From Acidimicrobiales bacterium (GTDB lineage Bacteria; Actinomycetota; Acidimicrobiia; Acidimicrobiales; CATQHL01), in the NCBI GenBank assembly GCA_965206165.1, contig OZ242194.1, positions 1,845,813 through 1,909,812 of the forward strand: 64,000 nucleotides of DNA. Reading direction: 5' to 3'. Positions 47,001-55,260 of the stretch are shown here, piece by piece. The translations under genes were made by a program, and so were the position numbers. The notes under the pieces are model-generated. The model searched no databases, was not told where the DNA came from, and saw only the letters and a program-made list of their open reading frames with translations. How positions within the stretch are numbered: the stretch's first letter is position 1; every line of letters begins with the position of its first letter.

Positions 47001-49365
47001 CGGGGAACGGGCTGCTGATCAGCTTGGGCGACTCCACCACGTCGAGGCCGAGGGTGTCGATGATGTGGCCGAAGTCGCGCCCGACACGCAGGGTCGCCGA
47101 CGTGAGAACGGCGCACTCGAGCGACTCCCAGATGCTGCGGAGGCGGTGGGCGACCGAAACGGGTGAGCGCCGAAGACTCCAGCGCCAGCCGTCGGGGTCG
47201 TGCTCGATCTCGCCGATGGCGACCCACCGTTCGGGATCCTCGACCCAGACCACCTTGTCGATGATCTCTGCGAGGTCGCGAGAGCGCCGGCCAAGGCGGC
47301 GGATCTCCGCCTCCAGCCGGTCGCGCCTGTAGGGCGCGGACAGGTCCTGCGGCAGGTTCACGCCATTGAGGACGTCGGCGACGGAGCGCAGCCGGTGGAC
47401 CACGTCGCGGCCGGTCCGTATCACTTCGCCATAGTCGGGGTGCCGGGTGTCGATGCCTGGCCTGATGCGATGGGAGGCGCCGTATTGGTCGCTCCGGCGG
47501 GCACCCGTGCGTGTGCGGACATACTCCATGAAGGTCTCGCCGAAGGCTCCGCACGCCGCCCGCAGATCGTCGGTGGCGTCACGGAGCGTCTGGAGAGGCT
47601 GCGCGCTCAACGTCCACCGCGCGGCAGTGGCCAGGCGGTGCACGGTGCTGCGACGTGCCGTGGGATCCCACACGGCGTCAGCCAGGGCCAGCAGGTCCTC
47701 ACGAGCCGATTCCTGGCTCAGCGCGTCGGTGGCCGCGTCCTCGAGGTTGTGGGCCTCGTCGAGCACGAGCCGTTTGGCACGGTCGAGCCACTCGTCCCAG
47801 GTGACGAGCAGGGCGTGGTTCAGGACGCCGACGTGTGCGGTGCGCAGGCCGTCGCGTGCCCGCCGGACGAAGTCGCGCCTGTCGAGAGCACTTTGCGCCG
47901 GTCCGAGCGATCCCGCACACGCCAGCCGGAGACGTAGCTCGCGCAATGCCGTCCTGTTCGATCTGACGGGCGCGACGCCGCTGCGTCCGGTGTCGTGCTC
48001 GGGCCGGGGATCCTCAAAGGGTCTCGCGATGCGCTGAATTGCCCCGGCGCGGAGGTCGTCCCAGTCGCCCGTCGGCGTCTGGGCGACCCACCCGCAGATC
48101 ATCGCACCGATGAGCCCGTCCGAGGCCTCGACGTCGTTGTGTTGACGTGTGTGTCCCTCGGCGCCGCCCGCGGCCGGCTCGAGGCGCCGGGTTCCCCCGG
48201 AAGTTGCACCGCCGGCCTCGGGTTCGTCGCTCGCGGGTTCGTCACCCTCGCCGGCCTCGGCTGCCAGCGCGTCGAGTTCTCCGGCGAGTGCATCGAGGTC
48301 GATGTAGTTGGATGCCCCCTTGACGAGAACTGCGTTGAACGGATCGAGTTCCCCCTGCAACTCCTCGAGGGTTGTCATCACCTGGTCCTGCAGGACCTTG
48401 GAGTGGGGGGCGACGATCACGGTCTCGCCGGAGGCGCGGGCGAACTCGATGGCCGGCGCCAGGTAGGCGAGAGTCTTGCCGGTGCCGGTGGGCGCCTCGA
48501 TGAGCCGCGGGTGACCCCCGCGGAGGAGTGCGTCGGCGACATCGGTGGCCATCTCGACCTGCTGGCTCCGGGGCTTGCGGGCGCGGCCCATCAAGGCCCC
48601 GCCGTCGGCGAACATGTCGCCCACGGCCTCGGGTGTGAAGATCCCGGTTGGCGCGGCGCGCTGCGGCGGATCGGGGAGCGGAACCACGTCCTCCAGCAGG
48701 ATCGGCTCGGGCTGGGACCTCAGGAAATCCGCCCACGGGTGCCGGGTCGTGGCCAGCACCCAGCGCTGCAGCCGGCGGGCCGGCTCGTCCGCGTCCAGGG
48801 CCGCCAACAACGGGCCCAGTACCCGGTGCAACAACCGGGCGTCATCGAGGGCGCGGTGATGGTCCCGCGGTTCGTCGCCCCAGAAGTGCCGCACCAGGTC
48901 ATCGAGGCTGCGACCCTGCGGCGGGCGGCTCCCGTCGATATTCGCGGTGACGCCCCTATCGGCGCGGGGGAAGACCAGGTGCGCCAGTTCGAGGCTGTCG
49001 AGACGTGTCACCTCCGGTGGCCGTACCCCGGTTCTCTCTCCCGCCGCATCGAGCAGCCGGAAGTCGTACCCGAAGCCGTTGTGAGCGACCAGCGGGCGCC
49101 CATCCACGAACCGGTAGAAGGCGGCCAGAGCCGTGGCCGGCTCCGGCGCGGTAGCGAGGTCGGCGTCGTCCAGGCCGGTTAGTTCTCGCGTGAAGTCCCG
49201 CAGAGGGCGCGTCGGGCGAACCAAGGTCGTGAACGTCCCGACCTCCTGGCCGCGTTCGGTGGCCACGGCGCCGATCTCGATGATCTCGTGAGCCGGCGGA
49301 TCCGACCGATCGGCATTTGCCTCGAGATCGAACACCACGTATCCCGAGGTCAGCCGCCTGTCCAT
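44050..49365 (-). CDS. Fusion protein: DEDDh 3'-5' exonuclease + DinG/XPD-family helicase + RecQ helicase with Zn/RQC domain
   Basis: Exo: FDLE, HNGFGYD, HRALDD. DinG: RSQQ, APTGTGKT, DEAHN, TSATL, FWEGVD, QGVGRLIR. RecQ: LPTGSGKS, SPERL, DEAHCISQWGHSFRPEY, TATAT, AFGMGIDK, QETGRAAR, CRR..CGRCDGC. Confidence 0.92.
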   Translation of the reverse strand: MDRRLTSGYVVFDLEANADRSDPPAHEIIEIGAVATERGQEVGTFTTLVRPTRPLRDFTRELTGLDDADLATAPEPATALAAFYRFVDGRPLVAHNGFGYDFRLLDAAGERTGVRPPEVTRLDSLELAHLVFPRADRGVTANIDGSRPPQGRSLDDLVRHFWGDEPRDHHRALDDARLLHRVLGPLLAALDADEPARRLQRWVLATTRHPWADFLRSQPEPILLEDVVPLPDPPQRAAPTGIFTPEAVGDMFADGGALMGRARKPRSQQVEMATDVADALLRGGHPRLIEAPTGTGKTLAYLAPAIEFARASGETVIVAPHSKVLQDQVMTTLEELQGELDPFNAVLVKGASNYIDLDALAGELDALAAEAGEGDEPASDEPEAGGATSGGTRRLEPAAGGAEGHTRQHNDVEASDGLIGAMICGWVAQTPTGDWDDLRAGAIQRIARPFEDPRPEHDTGRSGVAPVRSNRTALRELRLRLACAGSLGPAQSALDRRDFVRRARDGLRTAHVGVLNHALLVTWDEWLDRAKRLVLDEAHNLEDAATDALSQESAREDLLALADAVWDPTARRSTVHRLATAARWTLSAQPLQTLRDATDDLRAACGAFGETFMEYVRTRTGARRSDQYGASHRIRPGIDTRHPDYGEVIRTGRDVVHRLRSVADVLNGVNLPQDLSAPYRRDRLEAEIRRLGRRSRDLAEIIDKVVWVEDPERWVAIGEIEHDPDGWRWSLRRSPVSVAHRLRSIWESLECAVLTSATLRVGRDFGHIIDTLGLDVVESPKLISSPFPGENHLLLLTDYLPAPRARLMEEFTASAAREIPRLLILTGGRGLGLMTARTRLQFVRDHARPFVENHGIPLLAQGDDSAPALVDRMRAERATSLLALRSFWEGVDVPGEALSMLIIEKIPFDSPADPVVGARMEAMELRGKDPFADYVVPRAALRFAQGVGRLIRTEQDRGVTVVLDNRLCRAVPYRDRILGTLPGPPRRERAIRADQAYELIAGHLGDVTYDDEMRGRLEAVASADPWADVARMELTEGDLTDTAEISERLGRVRERFEFDDWRPGQLETMRRFIRGDDTLAVLPTGSGKSITFQIPALLSPGLTLVISPLTALMNDQVENLRTRGVTTVAAIHSGVPLGEWRAVLQGAARGDYKLLYISPERLWSQEFVETLAQIGVARIAVDEAHCISQWGHSFRPEYTAIPRALARMGANRPPTLAVTATATPKVRNEIRRLLELRSGDAEPVALSPDRPEILYYVEPCADREDRDLRVSQVVEAFRSRAAIVYVPTRKDTTRIAGLLGAAGHSARPYHGGMEQPARQHIEDAFRHGDVDVVVATKAFGMGIDKPDIALIVHLEMPATIEEYVQETGRAARGAIGTGRSAGTAVLLRTPRDCSIHRLVIGNAAPETARVQAVWNRIEVGTHAYDPDQLADGVDDADREGVDVALAIHYLQTDGDSPRADTGLRRHLNTPWRGRVAIVDDTGALVERLAATDPPLAERARGIVRLVERSGSDEYRAEEWSRTLQRPPDAIAADLLELNRQDIIGFTAWRHAWVLERQRGHEPNWTAIEETAERRRAVVVEQSRLAKGFAEMRSLRECSGQTGAGRSRPRREFAAGGPRCRRRALLAYLGWDDDTGRDNPERCGRCDGCTDLDRPWEGSRLTREALVEALPVRRIVLQLVADTSRDRARYSRRNLVRTLLGTDSSQHGLPARLAAHPTFGRLRLLGEDGAEKIIGNLIDEGRVAEADAEYEPGTSYETLRITDEGLRFLGQR

Positions 49366-49630
49366 AGCGCCGGGACTCTAGACGAGTTCAACTCCGACGG
49401 CGTCCCGCAACCTCAGACGGATGCATGTCTTACAAGTATTCTAATGTTGTTTGGCGTTGTTCCCATCGCTAGAGTTCTGATGTGTCATCACGAGAGTTCA
49501 CAGCATTGGCTCACACGAGCTGCTGCGTGCATTCACCACCACTTCGCAAGTTCCTTACGAGCAGCGGCAGGCATCCCCCAGCTGCGGGGACGACGAAGCC
49601 AGACTCGCGTCGCGACGAGGAGGTGGATCG

Positions 49631-49909
49631 ATGACGGCGGAGGTAGCGGTCCTCAACCGGGAGGCTGTGGCAATTGCGGCAGACAGCGCGGTCACCCTCA
49701 CTTCCCCGGAACGGGATGAGCAGAAGATCTACAACACAGCCAACAAGATCTTCGTTCTCTCTGAGATCGAGCCATTGGCTGTGATGATCTACGGACCAAC
49801 GTCGCTCAAGCGGAAGCATTGCTTCCCGCCCGAACTGAACCCCAGGTATTTCCGGCGCCTCGGCTTCGAGTTGCCCGGTACGGTGAACACAGCGAGGGAG
49901 GTGCAATGA
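49631..49909 (+). pseudogene. Internally deleted Ntn-hydrolase (proteasome-type, N-terminal Thr) gene remnant
   Basis: GGAGG RBS; MTAEVAVLNREAVAIAADSAVT...NKIF..IYG joined directly to the C-terminal-like KRKHCFPPELNP; only 92 aa. Confidence 0.6.
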
Positions 49910-50094
49910 GCAACGCCCCGGATGACCGACAACGACATGCTCCGACACTCCCGAGTTCGGAGCCGAAACCATTCGCCAATCCATATCCCGGCCCTGACAG
50001 TCCGGGCGAGTTCGCTCGACGTGCCGTTGAGGAATTCTTCCGGCAGTACGACAGCGCGAAGGCGAGCGAGCAGGCCAAGCCGTCGGAGGGCTAG
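49906..50094 (+). CDS. Small hypothetical protein
   Basis: GGAGG RBS; ATGA overlap with the upstream ORF; 62 aa. Confidence 0.45.
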   Translation: MSNAPDDRQRHAPTLPSSEPKPFANPYPGPDSPGEFARRAVEEFFRQYDSAKASEQAKPSEG

Positions 50095-50126
50095 CGCCTG
50101 CTGGGCCAACCCCTCCGGGGGTCGAG

Positions 50127-50148
50127 TGTCACACCCCCCTGTCAGAGT
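50127..50148 (+). promoter_or_regulatory. PafBC/RecA-ND-like promoter TGTCAC-N10-CAGAGT
   Basis: Mirror of 42034-42055; -10 lies 6 nt from ATG 50155. Confidence 0.5.
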
Positions 50149-50154
50149 GTGGTC

Positions 50155-50526
50155 ATGAGTGAGAGACACGTTTGGAGGTTCGCTGAGGCGGGGCGGCGCC
50201 TCGCATCAGCGGCCACCGTGATGGAACTGCGGGTTCCGGCGTTCCGCACGCCACCCCGCGTCGCCGGGCTGGATCGCACGATCCGTCGTGGGTCTGGCGG
50301 CTCGGTGCTGGTGTCGGTACGCAGCCGAGGCCGAGCCTGGCCGGCCGTGCTCGCCGACATGATCGAGGGTGTCGTTCGTGCGAACGAACTCCCTCCGCAT
50401 GATGCCGCCCGGGTGCGCAACGAACTCTGGCGGGCAACCGAGGACATCGACGACGCAGCGACGGCTGCGGCCGGGAGTCCCGAGTTGCCGTTGCCCGAGC
50501 CAGGTGAGGAGCAGCAGGCCGCCTGA
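50155..50526 (+). CDS. Hypothetical protein
   Basis: PAFRTPPR..DRTIRR..VLADMIEGVVRAN; leaderless-type start. Confidence 0.7.
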   Translation: MSERHVWRFAEAGRRLASAATVMELRVPAFRTPPRVAGLDRTIRRGSGGSVLVSVRSRGRAWPAVLADMIEGVVRANELPPHDAARVRNELWRATEDIDDAATAAAGSPELPLPEPGEEQQAA

Positions 50527-50566
50527 GTGGGCTTCCGACTCGGCCGGCCAAGTAGCGTGAGCGCAG

Positions 50567-50650
50567 GCCCGGGTGGCGGAATGGCAGACGCAGAGGGCTT
50601 AAACCCCTCGGCCCAACAAGGGCGTGTGGGTTCGAATCCCACTCCGGGCA
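50567..50650 (+). tRNA. tRNA-Leu (anticodon TAA), bldA-equivalent
   Basis: Acceptor GCCCGGG/TCCGGGC-A, D-arm GGCGGAATGGCAGACGC, anticodon arm GAGGG-CTTAAAC-CCCTC, long variable arm, T-loop GTTCGAATC; no encoded CCA. Confidence 0.96.
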
Positions 50651-50983
50651 CTAGAGATTCCCTCACAAATAGCGGTTGACCTGCGAAAACGCTGGGATCT
50701 AAGAATTTGGTTATTACTTGTGTGACCGGATCGTGTCGAGACGGCGGGACGCTACACGCGGTCCAGGAAATCCCCGCCCGGCGACGGCGGTCGGGGCCGC
50801 GGCTTCTTGGGGAGCGTGCGCCGGTCGCGGGGGATCGTGTCGGGGTCGCCGCAGCTCCAGGGTCGGCGGCACGCGCATAAGACGAAACCGGCGGACATGC
50901 TGCTCAGCTTTTCGGCGGTCTCTGCGAGGAACTTTGGCGACCGGTCGTCGCCAGGCGGGCCACCGGAGCATCAACGCCACCCG

Positions 50984-51367
50984 TCAGTCATCGGTGAGGA
51001 GGCCGACGGTGGTGAGTGCTTCGTTGACCGCTACGCCGCCGGCGACGAGCGCTTTGAACGTGGCGGCGCGGGCTTGCATGTCGAGCGGGTAGCCGTCGAA
51101 CCGCAGCTTCACGGTGGTGTCGAGGCGGGCGGTGAGTTCGTGTTCGAGGAGGCGGGCGAGGGGCCGGACGGTGCCCATGTGCCAGCGGCGTAGGGCTTCG
51201 CGTTGGGCGGTGCCGTCGGCGTCGCTGAACAGGCTCACCGAGGCGCCGCATGCGGCGACCATGCGGGCGAACGCCGAGTCGGCGACGCGGACCATGGCTT
51301 CGGGCATCATGGGGCCGAGACGGTTGGGCTTCCAGTCCGACTGTGAGGCAGAGCCGCGGCCTTTGCC
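50984..51367 (-). pseudogene. Phage portal-like protein, C-terminal remnant cut by ISL3
   Basis: QSDWKPNRLGP...AACG..SLF..GTAQREALRRW...PLARLLEHEL...DMQARAATFKALV; 5' part replaced by the IS end. Confidence 0.55.
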
Positions 51368-52510
51368 GGCTCTTCGGATTTCAGCGGGGAGTGAGGGTCG
51401 CGAGGAGGGTCCAGTTGGGTTCGTCGGCGTACAGGAGTGCGCGGATGCGGTAGTTGGCGAAGCGGCGGAATCCGAAGGCGGCGCGTTTGACGCGTTTGAT
51501 CAGATTGTTGGTCGCTTCGGTGGTTCCGTTGGAGACGCGGGCACAGTGCCAGTTGACGATTTGGGTGTGCCAGCGGGCCAGGGTGCGGCCCAGGCGGCGC
51601 AGCTCGGGCGGGCAGTCGGCGTCGGCGAGTTCGGTGGCGTAGCGCTCGGCGAGTTGGGGGCAGTCGATGTCGTAGAGGCCGCGGAGGGTTTCTTTGGCGT
51701 GCCACGCCAGGCGGACCTCGCCGTGGGGGTCGCCGGCGGCGAGCAGGCCGCGCAGTTTGGCCTCGCCGGTGTCGGTGAGGCGTTCGTGGGCGGAAATGAG
51801 TAGCCGCCGCGCCCGATAGAGGGGGTCGTCTTTGCGGCCGCGGTGGCCCAAGGTGTCGTTCTGGGTGCGCCGTCGCACCTCGTCGATGCTGTTGTTCGCG
51901 AGGCGGATCACGTGGAACGGGTCGGCGACCCCGCCGGCGTGGGGCAGCGCCACGTCGAAGGCGCGCCGATAGGCGCCGGAGAGGTCCAGCACGCCCCAGT
52001 CGATGCTCTGGCGCCACGCCTGGGATTGTGCGAGCAGCCACGCGGTGGGACCCGCAGCGTCGCGACCAGGGACAAGGTCGAGCAACTGGCCCCGCTGCAC
52101 GTCCACGATCGAGGTGCACCAGCTCCGGGTACGCCAAGGGCCGCTGCGCCCGAACAGGGTCTCATCGAGGCCGAGCGCCTCCACCGCGCCGACTCGTGCG
52201 GTGTCCGCGGCGAGCAGCGCTTCGCCCCAGGCGAGCACCGCCCGGTTCGCCGTGTTCCAGTCACACCCCAACTCGGCGGCCACATCGGCGGCCGTGCCCG
52301 AGTCCGGATGTGCAGCGCCAACGGCCCGCCGGGCACGTCGTCGACGGCGAGGACCTCCACATCGCCCAGACCGACGATCAACTCGCAGATACGCGTAGGG
52401 GCCCGCCGAGAGGTCGAAGCCGACGAGTTCGACACGCAGGAAGTGACAGTTCGCGCTCGAACAGCGCGTATCGACACCCTGCGCGTTGTGGCCCTGCGAT
52501 AACACCACTG
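51368..52510 (-). mobile_element. Degenerate ISL3-family element (transposase with internal deletion/frameshift)
   Basis: GGCTCTTCG terminal repeat at 51368; LGLDE, DLSGAY, DPFHV, SNGTTEATNNLIKRVKRAAFGFR; the N-terminus lies in another frame and the zinc finger is missing; far end not identified. Confidence 0.85.
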
Positions 52511-52712
52511 ACCGGTCCGAGGCGCTGGGCGTAACGATCTCCTACTCGCCGCCGCGACTTCGGGGGTGTCCCGTGGGGTGGCGGGTTCTGGTTAGGCGAG
52601 TGTGGGGGTCTCGGCTCGCTGGACTCGGGTTTGGCGGCTTCGGAGCGGAACGGCGGAGGGCCGGCGTGGCGTCACGAGGTTCTGTGAGTTGGCGGGCATC
52701 GGCGGGGCTGCG

Positions 52713-53387
52713 TCAGCCCTCTTGGTCGATGTCGTCGAGGAGGCCGTTTCGCACAGCCCAGACTACGATCTCTTGTTTCGTGGTGACTCCCAGCTTGTCC
52801 TGGATGCGGTAGATCGCGTTGCGGACGGTCACGGTCTTGTTGCCGCGGGCCTCGGCGATCTGGGCGTATGTGTTGCCGCCGGCGAACATGGTCAGGATTT
52901 CTCTTTCCCTTTGGGTCAGTGCTTTCAGGGCCGCACTGGCGGTGAGTCCCGGCGCGCCGCGGATCATCTCGAAGGCCTTCCTTATGGATCGGTCCGGTAT
53001 GCGCAGGCGGCCCTTTGCGACGTCTCGAACGGCATCGGCGAGCTCCTCGGGTCCCGAGTGCTTGTGCAGGTAGCCCGTCGCGCCGGCGGCGATCGCGTCG
53101 ATGATCGCGTCCTCCTCGGTTGAGGCCGTCAGGATGAGCACTCGCGTGTCCGGTAGCTGGTCCATGATCTCCCGGCAGGCGTCGACGCCGTTCTTGTTGG
53201 GCATCATCGCGTCCATGACGATGACGTCGGGCTGCAGGCTTTGCGCGGATCTCACTGCCTCTGCGCCGTCTGCGGCCTGCCCGACCACCTCGAAGTCTTC
53301 CTCGCTGTCGAGCGCGTCGCGCAGGCCGTCCCTCATGATGGGATGGTCGTCGACGATCATCACCCTGAACCGTTGCGCTGCAGACAT
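52713..53387 (-). CDS. NarL/LuxR-family response regulator
   Basis: IVDDHP, VMD, LTAS, GYLHK; LTQREREIL LuxR HTH. Confidence 0.93.
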   Translation of the reverse strand: MSAAQRFRVMIVDDHPIMRDGLRDALDSEEDFEVVGQAADGAEAVRSAQSLQPDVIVMDAMMPNKNGVDACREIMDQLPDTRVLILTASTEEDAIIDAIAAGATGYLHKHSGPEELADAVRDVAKGRLRIPDRSIRKAFEMIRGAPGLTASAALKALTQREREILTMFAGGNTYAQIAEARGNKTVTVRNAIYRIQDKLGVTTKQEIVVWAVRNGLLDDIDQEG

Positions 53388-53406
53388 GTCGGTCTCCTCG
53401 TCCTGC

Positions 53407-54600
53407 CTATTCGTAGGGCGTCTCGCAGGTCACGGTTGTTCCCCCGTTGGGGTCGCCCGTTTCCACGATGAGCCTGCCGCCGCCGCGTTCGGCTTGGGCG
53501 ATCATGCCGGCGAATCCGCGGCCGCGTTCGGCGTAGTCGTCGGGCAGTCCGACGCCGTCGTCGGACACCGACAGCCGGATGCAGTCGGTGGCGAAGTCGA
53601 GCCGGACCTCGACTCTGCTGGCACGGGCGTGCAGAGACGCGTTGGTGAGCGCGTTGTGGGCTACTGAGAACAGGCGGGCCCGGGTCGCGGCGGCGAGCGG
53701 CGGCTCGGTGCCGGACTGTGTCATCTCAGCGGGGATCTTGGTGATCTTCGCGAACGTCTCGGTGTGCGACCACAGCACCCTGCCCAGCTCGCGGCCTTCG
53801 AAAATGTGGCCCTCGTCGATGGGGCGTCTCAGCTCCCAGGCGGCCGCCCTCGACAGCGACGAGGCCGCGGCCAGCGTCGAGGCCAGCTCCTCGTTCGAGT
53901 CGCCGGCGAGCCTCATGGCCCTCTGTATGCCCAGGCCGATGAGGTACGCGGTCTGCGCGGCCGTGTCGTGGATGGTTTGGGAGAGCTCGATGCGCTCGGC
54001 ATGCAGCTCCCTTTCGCGTCTCACGGACTCCTGTGTCCTGGCCCGTTCGAAGCGGGCGATGAGGCTGACGGCCGCGACGACTGCGTACATCGCCATGAGC
54101 CTGGCGAGGAGGGCCTTTTCCTGGCCGGCATCGAAGTCGAGACCGGGTCCCAGTGTCACGCTGACCACGGCATAGACCGCGCCGACCAGCGTCGTCCAGG
54201 CCACGCCGAGCCACAGGGAAGGAAACACGACCGCGAACAGCGCCAGGGCGGGATAGTAGGCCACGTAGCTGAAGAGGTGGAACTCGCCGCCGATGACGAC
54301 CGCGGCACTGATCAGCGCCACATCCATGCCGCTGAGGAACAGCAGCCAGCCCCACGACACCCTGCGGCCCCTCCGGAGCCGCCAGTGGACAAGCCCGTTG
54401 AACGCGACCAGCGGCACGTTCAGCCACAGGTACTGCTTGTCGGTGGCCCACCAGAGCTGCGGCCGGTAGGCCAATTCGGCCACGGCGACGACCCAGACGA
54501 GCCAGCGCGCCCGCACCGAGACCCTCGCGGCGTACAGCATCACGTCGCGATCGGCGCCGACCGCCCGCAGAACCCGTCGGCGCACGTCGGCCCCGAACAT
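53407..54600 (-). CDS. Membrane sensor histidine kinase (HisKA_3-like); start uncertain
   Basis: Several TM helices; H-box IHDTAAQ, N-box ALTNASLHA, G-box SDDGVG. Confidence 0.9.
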   Translation of the reverse strand: MFGADVRRRVLRAVGADRDVMLYAARVSVRARWLVWVVAVAELAYRPQLWWATDKQYLWLNVPLVAFNGLVHWRLRRGRRVSWGWLLFLSGMDVALISAAVVIGGEFHLFSYVAYYPALALFAVVFPSLWLGVAWTTLVGAVYAVVSVTLGPGLDFDAGQEKALLARLMAMYAVVAAVSLIARFERARTQESVRRERELHAERIELSQTIHDTAAQTAYLIGLGIQRAMRLAGDSNEELASTLAAASSLSRAAAWELRRPIDEGHIFEGRELGRVLWSHTETFAKITKIPAEMTQSGTEPPLAAATRARLFSVAHNALTNASLHARASRVEVRLDFATDCIRLSVSDDGVGLPDDYAERGRGFAGMIAQAERGGGRLIVETGDPNGGTTVTCETPYE

Positions 54601-55260
54601 GCCCGCGCCCCTCGACCCCCTCAGCGCTCGCCGCGATGCTGCGGGAATCTGACCGGATCCGTCCAAACCTCCCTCTGGCATTGATGAAGACGCCGCTCTC
54701 TCATTCGGGACCCAAGGCCGCTGCATTCCGCATCCCCAAACGTACCGCACCGGTGCGACGCAGCCGAGAGTGCAGTGCACCCAACCAAATGCACCCAACC
54801 GAATACAGGCATTAGTATCTATAGAGACATCCCAAACGCCCCATCAACAGCACACGTTCATGAGCAGATAAACATCCCGAATGACCTGCAAACAAATCGG
54901 ATAATGCATGCAGCAACGCTCTCGTCGGTTTGCTGCAACGTTGCATGCGACAGCCCCATAGGAGCAATGCAAATGAACCCTGTGATGCCCCTATAAACGC
55001 CCCCGGGCTGAACACGGCCGAGGCCAACCAGCACCTCCATCGAGTCGAAACGGCGGCGCAGCAGCAACCCGGCGTGTCGTGGATGGAGCGGCCGAAACCG
55101 AACCCGGCCTCATCGGGGCACAGGCGCGGTCATGATCTACTAGGTCATGTTGCAAGTCGTTTGGCAAGTGTCGTAATGGGTTTGGTGCACTGGTTCTAAC
55201 TTTTCGTCTATGATCCGCGATTGTTCGTGCTCTAAGAGCCTTTCCAGAGAGGTGCATTAA

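Noticed and set aside
44050-49365. Type IV CRISPR-associated DinG
   Set aside because: No csf/cas genes or array in the window.
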